Shown in pieces: positions 30,592 to 41,600 of a DNA stretch of 64,000 nt. The notes under the pieces are model-generated. The model was not told where the DNA came from, did not search any database, and saw only the letters and a program-made list of their open reading frames with translations. The translations under genes and the position numbers were made by a program. Numbering within the stretch: position 1 is the first letter of the stretch; each line of letters begins with the position of its first letter. Origin of the DNA: an uncultured Sulfurovum sp. (lineage in GTDB: Bacteria > Campylobacterota > Campylobacteria > Campylobacterales > Sulfurovaceae); the NCBI GenBank assembly GCA_902727935.1, contig CACVAX010000050.1:3475-67474 (forward strand), read 5' to 3'.

Positions 30592-31324
30592 CTAAAACCC
30601 TTTCTAAGGTATATTTTAAATCCTCATCTAACTCCAAAGATTTCAACATCCATTTAATATAACGTACATCAGAATGTGCAATGTCTTCAATCTGTTCCCC
30701 TTTATACTTTCCAAACTTAAAGCTTTTCATCATAACAGGTGTGTTGCTTAACTCTTCAAGTTTTAGCATTGGATTTGTCCCTGGATATTGCTCTTTAACT
30801 TTAGCCACCAATTCAGAAAGAAATAGTTTCATCACCAACACATCACCAATGGCATCATGTGCCTTAATGGTAATATTATGTTTAATCGCTTCAGCTTGTT
30901 CTTTTTTATAAAGTTCTAACGAGTACCGTAAATATTGTAAACGGTGATAACTCTCATCAGGAAAAAGATGTTTAGCACAACGTAGCGTGTCTATTAACTT
31001 CATGGTATTTTGAAAACCTTCTTTTTTTAGCATACCCACATCAAAAGAGATATTATGTGCTATCAAATAGTTATTTTCATTATTTAAAGCACCTAAATCA
31101 CGCCAAAAACGTGTTGAGGTAAAAGGAGCTTTTCCTTCTATGACATCTGGTGTAATGTTATGTACTTCCATGGCTTCTGTTTTTATGGGTATTTCAGAAG
31201 AACAAAGTTCATCATACACTTCTACTTCACCTTTAGCACCAATCACCATAGCACCAATTTGAATAATTCTATCATCAGCTTGATTACCTGTGGTTTCCGT
31301 ATCAAATAAAATATATTTAGTCAA
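30581..31324 (-). CDS. DEDDh 3'-5' exonuclease (ExoX-like)
   Basis: DTETTG, AHN..FD, AHDA.GD and FGKYKG motifs. Confidence 0.9.
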   Translation of the reverse strand: MTKYILFDTETTGNQADDRIIQIGAMVIGAKGEVEVYDELCSSEIPIKTEAMEVHNITPDVIEGKAPFTSTRFWRDLGALNNENNYLIAHNISFDVGMLKKEGFQNTMKLIDTLRCAKHLFPDESYHRLQYLRYSLELYKKEQAEAIKHNITIKAHDAIGDVLVMKLFLSELVAKVKEQYPGTNPMLKLEELSNTPVMMKSFKFGKYKGEQIEDIAHSDVRYIKWMLKSLELDEDLKYTLERVLENV

Positions 31325-31946
31325 CTTCTTTATCCCCTTTTTTTATATCTTTATTATCTTTTTTCGTATTGTTTTTAAAGTTTTTCATATACTTGTAAAA
31401 ACCTTTCAGCTCTTTCATAAAAGAACCCTCTTCAGCAAAATATTTTGCTTTAATAATTTTCCATTTTTCTTTGATCAAGGTTTTTATTTCTAGCATATAT
31501 CGCATCATACTTTGATAACTTTCTCGCTCTTTTAACCACTCTAAACCTGCCATGAGTTTCTCATAAGACCAATTAAACCAATGAAAACTAAGCAACTTCT
31601 CTTTTCCAGCTTTAAACAACCAAAATACAAAAGCTGCTATTGGTATTTTTGCAACATACAAAACCAATCCTAAAAGAACTTGACCCTGTACAAAAAAGAC
31701 CCCAGCCAAAAGACCAGCAGCTTCAACACCTAAAAGCAAAATAGAAAAAATAGCTAAAATAACATAACGATGTGTGTGTTCTATTTTGGCTTCTAGTTTT
31801 TGTGTAATTTTAAGAGATTCAATCTTATTATAAATAGGTTTTGCAATACCTTCCCAAATTATCTCTTCAAAAAGTATAAAAAGAAAAACAAGTATAAATT
31901 GAACAATAAGTAGTACTCGACCAAAAATTTTATTAAAAAATCCCAC
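31317..31946 (-). CDS. Hypothetical membrane protein
   Basis: Three hydrophobic segments; overlaps the exonuclease start. Confidence 0.7.
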   Translation of the reverse strand: MGFFNKIFGRVLLIVQFILVFLFILFEEIIWEGIAKPIYNKIESLKITQKLEAKIEHTHRYVILAIFSILLLGVEAAGLLAGVFFVQGQVLLGLVLYVAKIPIAAFVFWLFKAGKEKLLSFHWFNWSYEKLMAGLEWLKERESYQSMMRYMLEIKTLIKEKWKIIKAKYFAEEGSFMKELKGFYKYMKNFKNNTKKDNKDIKKGDKEVD

Positions 31947-32058
31947 AGAAAATCCTTATGAATTAATAGCGAAATTATAACAGATAATAGTAAAAGTGCA
32001 AGAAAAAATTATGAGGGAAAATAGAAAAATACCAAAAAGAAAAAGAAAGTTTTTTAGT

Positions 32059-32080
32059 ATGAGAGGGAAGATCCTCTCAT
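32059..32080 (-). terminator. Hairpin downstream of rplS
   Basis: ATGAGAGG-N6-CCTCTCAT; a second hairpin (AGGAGT...ACTCCT) is adjacent. Confidence 0.55.
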
Positions 32081-32129
32081 AAGGAGTCTGAGAAATAAAC
32101 TCCTAATCAATAAATTTAAAAGTTGAAGA

Positions 32130-32489
32130 TTATTTTCTTCTAAGCTCTTTAATTCTTGCTTTTTTACCTTTAAGCGCTCTAAGATAGAAAAGTTTTGCAC
32201 GTCTAACTCGACCACGTCTAAGTACTTCAATATTTTCAATTGAGTCAGAATAAATTGGAAAAATTCTTTCAACACCAACAGAGTTAGCACCAATTTTTCT
32301 AATCATCATAGTTTTACCCGTTCCTTGACCTCTAAGTGCAATACATACACCTTCAAAAGCTTGTACTCTTGTCTTTTCACCCTCTTTAATTGTTACGTGA
32401 ACTCTTAAAGTATCACCTGCTCTAAAGTCTGGAACAGATTTGTTTTCTAATTGTGCTTGTTCAAAGCTTTCAATATATTTATTTCTCAT
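32130..32489 (-). CDS. rplS: 50S ribosomal protein L19
   Basis: [15 protein letters not shown] and [10 protein letters not shown] motifs. Confidence 0.98.
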   Translation of the reverse strand: MRNKYIESFEQAQLENKSVPDFRAGDTLRVHVTIKEGEKTRVQAFEGVCIALRGQGTGKTMMIRKIGANSVGVERIFPIYSDSIENIEVLRRGRVRRAKLFYLRALKGKKARIKELRRK

Positions 32490-32522
32490 GGTTTCACCTT
32501 ATAAATTCATTGCTCATTTGAG

Positions 32523-33194
32523 CTATTTGTGCATATCAGGTCTAAAATATTTTGTCTTACATTTAGCCATAGCACTTTTTAAGTCCGAAATTTTACCGTG
32601 ATTTCCCTTTAAAAATTCTTGGGGAACTCCAATTTCATTATAGACCTTTGGCTTAGAAAAAGAAGGTGCTTCAAGTACAGAGTCTTCAAAACTCTCAACA
32701 CTTAATGAGTCAGCATTACCTAACACACCTTCAACATTTCTAGCAATCGCATCACACATCATAAGAGAAGGCAATTCGCCTCCTGTTAAAATAAAATCTC
32801 CCACAGAAAATAGTTCATCTGCTTCTTCAATAAAACGCTCATCAATGCCTTCATAACGTCCTGAAACAAATACAATATGCTCTTTTAAAGCCAGTCGTTT
32901 TGCATCATTCTGCTTAAAAGGTTTTCCAACAGGTGTTGCCACAACCACATAAGCCTCTGGAGATTTTTCTCTTATGGCTGATACTGTGTCAAAAAGAGGC
33001 TGGGGTGTCATTAACATCCCAGCTCCCCCACCTATCATTGGTTCATCTACTTTCATATGTTTGTTGTTTGTATAATCACGAGGATTATAAAAATCAACCG
33101 ACATAAGTTTCTTCTCTATAGCCTTTGCTAAAATAGAGTCTGAAAAATACCCCTCAACAACCTGAGGGAAAAGCGTCATAAAAGTAAACTTCAT
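32523..33194 (-). CDS. trmD: tRNA (guanine-N1)-methyltransferase
   Basis: GRYEGIDER and GDFILTGGE motifs; operon context. Confidence 0.97.
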   Translation of the reverse strand: MKFTFMTLFPQVVEGYFSDSILAKAIEKKLMSVDFYNPRDYTNNKHMKVDEPMIGGGAGMLMTPQPLFDTVSAIREKSPEAYVVVATPVGKPFKQNDAKRLALKEHIVFVSGRYEGIDERFIEEADELFSVGDFILTGGELPSLMMCDAIARNVEGVLGNADSLSVESFEDSVLEAPSFSKPKVYNEIGVPQEFLKGNHGKISDLKSAMAKCKTKYFRPDMHK

Positions 33195-33196
33195 GA

Positions 33197-33727
33197 CTAA
33201 CTGGCTTCAAGTATCTCTTTAGCATCTTTAGTGGTAACAATCTGCTTTTCAACATCTGTTTCTAACACATATCTTTCAATATATGGTACTAAAAATGTCG
33301 TAGAAAAACCCTCTTTAACCAAAGCTTCATCTGTTTCAATAAACATGTAGTTTACATCAGCCAAACGTTGCATTTCAGCAATTTTTCCTAGCTTTACACC
33401 ATCTTCTTCAACTTCACAAGTTTCAATCTCAAACCAAAAGTGTTCACCATCTTCAAGTTCACAACGTGCTTTAGTCTCTTCTAATGAAGCATAGATTTTA
33501 GCATTTGTAAGCTTTTTAGCATAGTCAACACCTTCATAGCCCTTAAAACAGACTATTCCACGATCAAGATTTATACGTAAAACCTCAAGAGGACCAGAAG
33601 AAGTTTGAAAAGTGTACCCCACTTTAAACTGCTCTGGAAAATCTGTATGTACATGAAGTTTTAAATCACCCTGTAAACCATGCGTTTTACCCACTTGGGC
33701 AATAAAAAAACGTTTATTGTCTTTCAT
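33197..33727 (-). CDS. rimM: 16S rRNA processing protein
   Basis: GKTHGLQG motif; position in the operon. Confidence 0.93.
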   Translation of the reverse strand: MKDNKRFFIAQVGKTHGLQGDLKLHVHTDFPEQFKVGYTFQTSSGPLEVLRINLDRGIVCFKGYEGVDYAKKLTNAKIYASLEETKARCELEDGEHFWFEIETCEVEEDGVKLGKIAEMQRLADVNYMFIETDEALVKEGFSTTFLVPYIERYVLETDVEKQIVTTKDAKEILEAS

Positions 33728-33750
33728 TTAATTTTACTTCGTATGCAAAA

Positions 33751-33990
33751 TTATTTTGATTCAACATTAACACGGTAATTAGAACCACCTTTGGCTTTAC
33801 AACCAGAGATAACCGTCTTAATTGAGTTAATCATTCGTCCTTCTTTACCAATCAGTTTACCAACATCATCTGCATTCGCAACAATGGTAATCTCATTGTA
33901 GTTCTCTTCCAAATTCTTTACCGATACGGCAATGTCTTCTGGATGACTCACTAACAGTTTGGCATATTCAGCGACGAATTGAGTAACCAT
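33751..33990 (-). CDS. khpA: KH-domain RNA-binding protein
   Basis: DVGKLIGKEG; lies between rpsP and rimM. Confidence 0.9.
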   Translation of the reverse strand: MVTQFVAEYAKLLVSHPEDIAVSVKNLEENYNEITIVANADDVGKLIGKEGRMINSIKTVISGCKAKGGSNYRVNVESK

Positions 33991-33995
33991 ATTGA

Positions 33996-34223
33996 TTATT
34001 TTCCTGTAATTTTTTTAACTCTGTCACTCATTTGAGCACCAACAGAAATCCAGTAATCCAATCTTTCAGTATCAACTGTTAAATTCTCTTCTTTAATCAT
34101 TGGGTTATAGTGACCAATTGATTCAATCCAACCACCATCTCTTCTTTTTCTGCTATCTGTTACTACGATTCTGTAAAATGGCATTTTTTTTCTACCCATT
34201 CTTGTAAGTCTAATTGTTGTCAT
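33996..34223 (-). CDS. rpsP: 30S ribosomal protein S16
   Basis: [20 protein letters not shown] motif. Confidence 0.98.
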   Translation of the reverse strand: MTTIRLTRMGRKKMPFYRIVVTDSRKRRDGGWIESIGHYNPMIKEENLTVDTERLDYWISVGAQMSDRVKKITGK

Positions 34224-34424
34224 GTATATCCTTGAAATATATTTTTAATTTCAATATGTGGGGTAACTAATCCCAAAACACATTACTGTGGAGCTGTCTA
34301 TTGTAACAACTACGAACAAGCACTGACAACTAATCTTAATGAGAGATCACTCATCAACGCTATAAAAGCGAATTCTATCTAAGTTTTAATTATAGGGAAC
34401 TTGCATAACAAATTCCCTGCAAAC

Positions 34425-35768
34425 TTAACGTGGTATTCCACCACCTTGTGCTTGTTTCATCATGTCTTGCATTTGTTTCATTCCACCTTTACCCGAAAGC
34501 TGTTTTGCCATTTTACCAGCATTTTTAAACTGCTTTAAAACACGGTTAACGTGCATCTGTGAAAGCCCTGACCCAGCTGCCAATCGACGTTTACGTGTGT
34601 TGTTTAACAGTTCTGGATTTTCACGCTCTTTAGGTGTCATAGATGAGATTAACGCACGTATCTGTTTCATCTCATCAGAGTTTTCTAAATCCATGTCCCC
34701 AATCTGCTTCGCCATAGCACCCATACCAGGAATCATTCCCATAATAGACTTCATAGAACCTAACTTCTTCATAGATTCCATTTGCTCTAAAAAGTCATTG
34801 AAGTTAAATTTACCTTTTTTAATTTTAGAAGAGAGTTGTTTGGCTTGTTTCTCATCTATTATATTGGCTGTTTTTTCAGCCAAAGACTCCAAATCACCAG
34901 AACCCATAAGACGTGACACAATTCTGTCAGGTATAAATTGGTCAAGGTCAGGCATTTTCTCACCAGCACCAATAAAACGCAATGGAACACCCACTTGATG
35001 GGCAATACCCATGGCAACACCACCTTTTGAATCACCATCAAATTTAGAAAGAACTACCCCTGTAATTCCAATTTTTTCTTTAAACGTCTGTGCTGTACGT
35101 ACAGCGTCCATACCTGTCATGGCATCTGCAACATAAAAAAGTTCATTAGGATTGGCTACTTTTTTAACAGAAGCCAACTCGTCCATAAGCTCATCATCAA
35201 TCGCTAAACGACCAGCTGTATCTATAAGTACAACATCATAAAGTTCTTTTTCACCTTTAGCCAATGCTTCTTTTACAATCTGTTCAGGTGTTTTGTTTTC
35301 ATCAGCAACCAACGTTACATCTATCTGCTCACAAATCTGCTTAAGTTGCTCAACAGCAGCCAAACGTTGTAAATCGGCAGCAGCAATAAGCACTTTCTTC
35401 TTCTTTTGCTCTTTTAAGAAATAAGCTAATTTACCCGTAGTAGTCGTTTTACCTGAACCTTGAAGACCAATCATAAGCACAACTGTTGGTGGCTTTGATG
35501 CAAAAACAAAACCTTGGTTTCCTTCTGCTGTTAAAATACGCGTTAAATCACCTTGCAATGCTTTTAAAAAGTTCTCTTTCCCTACCCCATTCTCTTTCAC
35601 TTCTTTTTCAACATTTGCCAAAAGTTCTTTGACTACTTTATGGTGTACATCTGCTTTAAGAAGGGATTTTTTTAACTCTTTAAGTGCTTTAGTTAACGCT
35701 TTAGCATCATCGTAAAAACGAATTTTATCTATAGCACCTTTAAAACTGTCGGTTAGCGTATCAAACAT
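34425..35768 (-). CDS. ffh: Signal recognition particle protein
   Basis: GLQGSGKTT and DTAGR motifs; Met-rich M domain. Confidence 0.98.
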   Translation of the reverse strand: MFDTLTDSFKGAIDKIRFYDDAKALTKALKELKKSLLKADVHHKVVKELLANVEKEVKENGVGKENFLKALQGDLTRILTAEGNQGFVFASKPPTVVLMIGLQGSGKTTTTGKLAYFLKEQKKKKVLIAAADLQRLAAVEQLKQICEQIDVTLVADENKTPEQIVKEALAKGEKELYDVVLIDTAGRLAIDDELMDELASVKKVANPNELFYVADAMTGMDAVRTAQTFKEKIGITGVVLSKFDGDSKGGVAMGIAHQVGVPLRFIGAGEKMPDLDQFIPDRIVSRLMGSGDLESLAEKTANIIDEKQAKQLSSKIKKGKFNFNDFLEQMESMKKLGSMKSIMGMIPGMGAMAKQIGDMDLENSDEMKQIRALISSMTPKERENPELLNNTRKRRLAAGSGLSQMHVNRVLKQFKNAGKMAKQLSGKGGMKQMQDMMKQAQGGGIPR

Positions 35769-35825
35769 ATTTTCTCTTTATTGTATAAAATTATTAACGC
35801 GATTATAGCAAAATAGGATTAAAGG

Positions 35826-35942
35826 CTATTTTTTGTCATTTTTTTTCTTATCGTCATCTTTTTTCGGCCATTTCAAAATAATAACGGTAGCTATTAAAAT
35901 AACTCCATAAAGAATATAGTGAATAATGTTATCTGCTGGCAT
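35826..35942 (-). CDS. Unannotated 38-aa single-pass membrane peptide
   Basis: AAGGA RBS, then MPADNIIHYILYGVILIATVIILKWPKKDDDKKKNDKK*; below the ORF-track length cutoff. Confidence 0.7.
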   Translation of the reverse strand: MPADNIIHYILYGVILIATVIILKWPKKDDDKKKNDKK

Positions 35943-35962
35943 AATACAATCCTTTTTTCATA

Positions 35963-37333
35963 TTATACCCCAAAACAATCTTTTCTAAAGTTAGTGTACC
36001 AAGCATGACCCTGTTCTGCTTCTTTTTTTCGCCATCGTGCATCTGCTTCTAAAGGTGATGAGTTTCTGCCTTGTGACACTAAAGCATAACCACTTTTATC
36101 CTCTTTGATTCTAAACTTTTGAAGAATAGAAATAGCATAATCTTGACCCACAAAAGAGTAACAACCATTGGTCATAATGGTCTCAGGTGTAGGATTAATA
36201 CCTTTTATCTTAGAAACAATTGCCATGGCACAAGCTTTTGCTTCTGAATTGGCTGCATATCCAGATTTTGGTAAGTTTGTTTTTGAACTGTCACCGATAA
36301 TATAGATACCCTCTTTTCCAGCCATGGTTGATTCAAATGTCTCTTGGTTTACTGGAGCCCAACGTTTATCTAAATCAAACATAGCAGAGTCCGTCTCTAT
36401 TAATCCAGCGTCATAAGCAAATTTTGATGCTTTCATAGTTGGAATATAAGTTACTACCTCAGCAGATATTTCATCAGTTTCTGTTTTAATGATTTTAGCA
36501 CCAGTGTTTGGTATAATGATTTCATTGACCACCGTACTACCTTCCCAAGTAATAATGGCTGAATCTGTACCATATCCATACAACTCACTCCATGCTTTTT
36601 CAAATGAATCTTGTTTTGCAAAAGCACCTTTTGGGTCTAAAATAGTAATAGCAGAGTTTGGCTTGTTTTCTTTGATGTATTGAGCTATTTGACTGGCTCT
36701 CTCATAGGGTGCTGGTGGACATCGGTAAGCATTTTGTGGAGCAACCAATACTACTTTAGCCCCATTCGCCATAGCATCAAGTTGGCTTTTAAGCTCTGTA
36801 ATCTGTTCTATTGAACCATCATTCACTAAGTCATAAGCATGAGGCACTTGCACATTAGTTTGAGCATTTAAGCCCACAATATCACTGTAATCAAAATCAA
36901 TTCCTGTCGCCACAATACAAAAATCATACAGATACTCCATCCCATCTTCTGTACTAACATACTTAGCTGTACTATTAATAGAAGAGGCTTTTTTATGAAC
37001 CATAACTCCAGTTATCTCTCTTTTTAACGCATCATAGCTTACTGTCAATGCTTCTAATGTTCTAGCACCTGTAATAATTTCATTTGTTCCAAAAGGAGTT
37101 GTATACGTAGTTTTGGGTTCTATAATCGTAATTTCAAGCAGTGTTGTTTGAGGTATAAACTTACGTAAATAACGAGCAATGGTTGAACCAGCTATTCCTC
37201 CTCCTACAATTACTACTTTTTTTGCTGTTGATTCGGCAAACAGTTCATTGGGTATGCTTACTAAAGCAGCAGCTGTAATCACAGAGCCTTTTAAAAAACT
37301 TCTTCGTTGATTGTTTATATTTTTTTTCATCAT
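35963..37333 (-). CDS. Flavocytochrome c sulfide dehydrogenase flavoprotein (FccB/SoxF-like), Tat-exported
   Basis: QRRSFLK Tat motif, GGGIAG, YRCPPAPYERA, PKSGYAANSEAK and NGCYS motifs. Start placed at the ATG after AAGGAG, not at 37387. Confidence 0.9.
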   Translation of the reverse strand: MMKKNINNQRRSFLKGSVITAAALVSIPNELFAESTAKKVVIVGGGIAGSTIARYLRKFIPQTTLLEITIIEPKTTYTTPFGTNEIITGARTLEALTVSYDALKREITGVMVHKKASSINSTAKYVSTEDGMEYLYDFCIVATGIDFDYSDIVGLNAQTNVQVPHAYDLVNDGSIEQITELKSQLDAMANGAKVVLVAPQNAYRCPPAPYERASQIAQYIKENKPNSAITILDPKGAFAKQDSFEKAWSELYGYGTDSAIITWEGSTVVNEIIIPNTGAKIIKTETDEISAEVVTYIPTMKASKFAYDAGLIETDSAMFDLDKRWAPVNQETFESTMAGKEGIYIIGDSSKTNLPKSGYAANSEAKACAMAIVSKIKGINPTPETIMTNGCYSFVGQDYAISILQKFRIKEDKSGYALVSQGRNSSPLEADARWRKKEAEQGHAWYTNFRKDCFGV

Positions 37334-37340
37334 CTGCTCC

Positions 37341-38642
37341 TTATACCAAACCATCCAGTCCACCACCCTCTGAATCGGCTGAACCAAAAATTGTTAAATC
37401 ATCGCCTAAAATATTAGCGATTGAAACCAGGACCTTATTCCATAATACACCATTATAATTTAAATAACGTCCACCTTCAAGCCCTGCTCCTGCTAAAATA
37501 AAAGGAGCATTCTTATTGGTATGATTAGACGCGTGACCAATTTCACAAGCATAGACCACCAAAGTGCTATCAAGCAGTGGTTGCCCATAAATATCATTGG
37601 TCTCTTTTAAAGTTTTAATCAAATTGGCTACTCGTCTTGAGGTTACCTTACGTGTTTCAATGTGTCCTTGTCCCATATCATGACCTGCATTATGATAAGG
37701 ATAAGAATTTCCATCTTCACATTTAAGATAAAAATCCCAAGTGTCAGTACCATAGCTATAATTTATCACCCGTGTTCGATCATATTTTAATGCTGTGACA
37801 ATCGCATCTTCATGCAAACCCGACATCAGTTCAAAAGCAGCGTTATCTGCCAAAATAGCATTACCATTCCAACGACTTTCACTCCGACTGGTCAAACCAC
37901 CTGCTGTAGCTGTCGCTTCAAAGTCTTCTTTCCATTGATCCATATTAATCGCTGTAGTCTCTTCAGTTTTGGCATTAAGTGCATCGAGTACATCGTTCAA
38001 TGCTTTTTCATGTGATTTAAAGAGAAGATTATTACTCTGCTCCTCTTGCATTAAGGTTTCCAAATCTTGCCCAATGGTGGTTAAGCGTCGTTTAGATTCT
38101 TCCAAATTATTATAAGTTCGTGACTCAATATCACTATTAGTATAAATCTTATCCAAAAGACTCAAAGGATTCACCAAAGCTGGAATCAGTGTTCCAAACG
38201 AATCATACGCCAACGAACGCGTACCACTGTAAATATCCGATGCTTTATGCACCAACGACGATACATCCGTTAAACCACGCCATTTTTCAGCAAAATATTG
38301 ATCGATGCTAATCCCTGTCGTTTGACCTCGCCAAAGCCCAGAATATGCACCATGTCCAGCAAGACCACCACCAAGGTTAATGCCTTCCAAAAATACACAC
38401 TGCTCTTTAACAAGGTTAAACGGTTCAGTCATGGATGGCAAAGTAAAATCTGTTTCTGTACCTGTGGGAAACCAATGCTCTGGATTAATACCATCAGGGT
38501 GTTCAATCAAAATCAAACGTTTAATAGGGGCATTCTCTGTCTCTTCAGCCAAAGCACTATTACCTAAAAAAGGAAGTGCCATACCTGTTAAGCCCAGTTG
38601 TTTCAAAAACTTTCTACGTGCTTGTTCATTTTTTTGCATCAC
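37341..38642 (-). CDS. DUF1552 family protein, Tat-exported
   Basis: ARRKFLK Tat motif; KRLILIEHPDG...WFP, SIDQY.A, YHNAGH and LLDSTLV...EIG...H...NAPFILAG motifs. Confidence 0.85.
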   Translation of the reverse strand: MMQKNEQARRKFLKQLGLTGMALPFLGNSALAEETENAPIKRLILIEHPDGINPEHWFPTGTETDFTLPSMTEPFNLVKEQCVFLEGINLGGGLAGHGAYSGLWRGQTTGISIDQYFAEKWRGLTDVSSLVHKASDIYSGTRSLAYDSFGTLIPALVNPLSLLDKIYTNSDIESRTYNNLEESKRRLTTIGQDLETLMQEEQSNNLLFKSHEKALNDVLDALNAKTEETTAINMDQWKEDFEATATAGGLTSRSESRWNGNAILADNAAFELMSGLHEDAIVTALKYDRTRVINYSYGTDTWDFYLKCEDGNSYPYHNAGHDMGQGHIETRKVTSRRVANLIKTLKETNDIYGQPLLDSTLVVYACEIGHASNHTNKNAPFILAGAGLEGGRYLNYNGVLWNKVLVSIANILGDDLTIFGSADSEGGGLDGLV

Positions 38643-38654
38643 TACTCTCCTTTT

Positions 38655-41600
38655 CTATTGAGCTTTTCTGGTCACAAACGAGTTTAGTTTAACCATATTG
38701 GTAAACAAACTTTGCAAATCATACTGTTCATCTTTAAAGTCAGAAACAATCTTCTTAACCACCAAAGAGTTCTCTATCTCTGCATGACTGTCTCCTGATG
38801 TATAACGATAATATTGTAATGCCATACATTCAGGACCTCGGTCACTATTCGCAATTAGTTCACTCACATCACGCATACCTTCAGCAGGATACGTTTCAGA
38901 TTCATCATAAGTTAAAAGACCTTTTAAAGTAACCGATGCATCAATCACTTTTGGTCCTCCATCAGCTTCACTATGATATTCAGATGTTCGGTATCGACCA
39001 CTTCCATCGTAATTTTCCCAAGTAAATCCAATAGGATCCATCAAGTTATGACAGGTTGCACAAGAAGGGTCATTAACATGTTCTGCATAACGATCACGTT
39101 TATTTTCTCCAGCATGGTCTTTAACAGCTGGAACATCCCCTCCATTCCCAGGAAGCCCTAATGGGTGACACATTAAACGAGCCAATACAAACTTACCTCG
39201 CTTAAACGGATGTGACTCTTCAGAATTAGCATACTTACTTGCCAATGCCCCTAGTGTCAACAATCCATAACGCTTACTCGTGGCTGGTACTGCTTCAAAC
39301 ACCTCAGCATTTGACATCCCTTCAGCATAATAATCAGAAAGAACCTTTTTAGTCATAACATAATCATTGATAAATAAATCTTTATAAGCACTCTTAGAAT
39401 TACTCTCCATTACCATTCTAAACTGTTTTAATATCTGTTCACTTTGAGCTGTTCGTACTTCATGACTATAGCCATTAAAGAGTTCAGGGTTTTTATCAGA
39501 AAGTGAATAAACATTGTCTTCAAGTAACCAGCGACCAATAAAGTCATCTAATTTATCTTTTCCTGTCTGCAACTGTGACAAACGAACAGCTTGTGTAACT
39601 CTAGTATTAGGATGACTTAATGCACCCTCTTTGGCTAAGCTTAACAATTCATCATCAGGGGTTGTTCCTGCCATGGCGTAGGAGATGGCTGTAGCAATTT
39701 CATATTGCGTCAAATCATAAACTCCTGTGGTATCACTCTCTACACCCATCTCTGAACGGTAAAGAAACTTTGGACTCACCAACATATCTCCCACCATCTG
39801 TCCAACACTCGCTAAAGCTAAATATTTATTTTGCTCAGCTAAACTCAACGGTCTTCTAAAGATTTTAGTCGCAAAGGTGGCTAAAAAATCCTCTTTATTC
39901 GCCGTACAGAAATCATAACCATTAATCAGACATGCTGTAGAGTTTTGCCCTTTAAGTTCCTCTAAATAGGTTTCAACTTTAGTTGCCATGGCTGTAAAGG
40001 CTTTTATCTTATCTTCATCGACACGATTTAAATCTCTATCGGTGTTATACCCCTCAACAATATTATCTTTAGGTAAATCCGTATAATGCAATGCCAAAGT
40101 TTCTAAACGTGTCTCATCATGCTCTATTTCAAAAAGTGTGTATAAACTGTTCGTATACTCCACTCTATTAAGGAGTCTATAGCCTCGTGTAATATCAGAA
40201 TTGACATCCAACGCAACACTGCTATCATTATTATCTTTTGCTCTTGGAATCAAAACATTTTCTACATAAATACCAATCAACTCTAAACATTCACTGTCAC
40301 AATTGGCATAATAACTGGTATCCATCGTAGAATTTTGCGTAAATGCTGTAAAGTTATGCTCTGTTGAGTTCCACTCTGTTAAGTTGGCCCGTGCTGTTCC
40401 ATTAACCCCATGACAGACTTTACAATTGGTATTGTAATGCTCTTGCCCATAGGCTTCATCTGTTTTGACTTCCACATTAAGTATCACCGAAGAGGTCTCT
40501 TTATTGGCTGTTATTACTTTCATAGAAATTGCATAATTATTGCCTATCACAAACGAAGCTGCTCCATCGTTTAGTAATACAGCCGAATATTCTGTAGCAT
40601 CTGTTAATGTTTTAACAATTTGACCATTAACCATAATTTCTACACGTATTGCTTCAGGGTTAATATACTCCCATAAAACTTCTATGGTATTTGTTCCTGA
40701 AAGATAATTGGCATCAAACCCTCTAATGGTATCATTATCTCCTGTTGGCACTTCAAGTCCTACAGCTAAATATTTAGCCAAAGCTTCTATTTTAGAATCA
40801 TCTTCACCTATCGTCTCTTCAAAGATAGCTTTCATACCATCATGTGCATCTTTATGTAATCCTTTAGCATAGTTGGTCATGGTATCAATCAAATACTGTT
40901 CACTTTGCCTAGAAAGCATAATGTCATCTTTTTTTCCATCAACACCATGACAGGCTGTACAACTGCTCTTAAATAACCTTTCACCTTCTTCAATGCTTGC
41001 AACATCATAACTCACCACATCATTACCTATCCATGATTGCGCAGAAAAATAGTCTATCATCATGTCTACTTCTTCATCACTGTACCCATCCATAATACGG
41101 TGCATCGCAAAGGAGTAATGAGTGCTTTCTTGATCAGTTGTACGATAACCTTTTAACGTTTTTTCTAAATAGTCTCTTCCTAAACCATGAATAATTGGAA
41201 TACTTGCATCAGAATTACTAGGAGTATGACAACTCAAACAGTTAGCCACTAAAGAAATTGCTTTGTTATCCACCCCACTTTGAACGGTAATTATTATAGG
41301 TGTTACCAAAACAACCTCTGAAGTGGATGAACCTGCAATATTTTTAACTTCTACTTTAAACTCATAACTGTGTTCGGCTTCTACCTCAATCCCATCATAA
41401 CTTGTACTATTGGCTTCTAATAACGCAACTAATACCCAAGCACCCTCATCTTTACTCTTATAAATCAGAAAATTATCTTCATTATCGCTATTATCATCCC
41501 ATGCTAAATTAACTTTAGAATTATTAATAAGATTGGCTTCTAGATTCGTTGGCTTTGCAGGTTTTTCAATACCTCCTGTTTGACCATCACAAAGTTTTCC

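Noticed and set aside
32054-32293. 79-aa ORF overlapping the rplS 3' half in another frame
   Set aside because: No RBS, it runs through terminator hairpins, and it has no recognisable domain.
34462-34998. 178-aa plus-strand ORF, and similar antisense ORFs such as 833-1126, 18974-19291, 21907-22353 and 61641-61970
   Set aside because: They lie antisense within well-supported genes and have no RBS or motifs; these are codon-bias shadows.
37334-37387. Upstream extension of the flavoprotein ORF given in the track
   Set aside because: It overlaps the DUF1552 gene. The AAGGAG RBS and Tat motif position support a start at 37333 or 37330.
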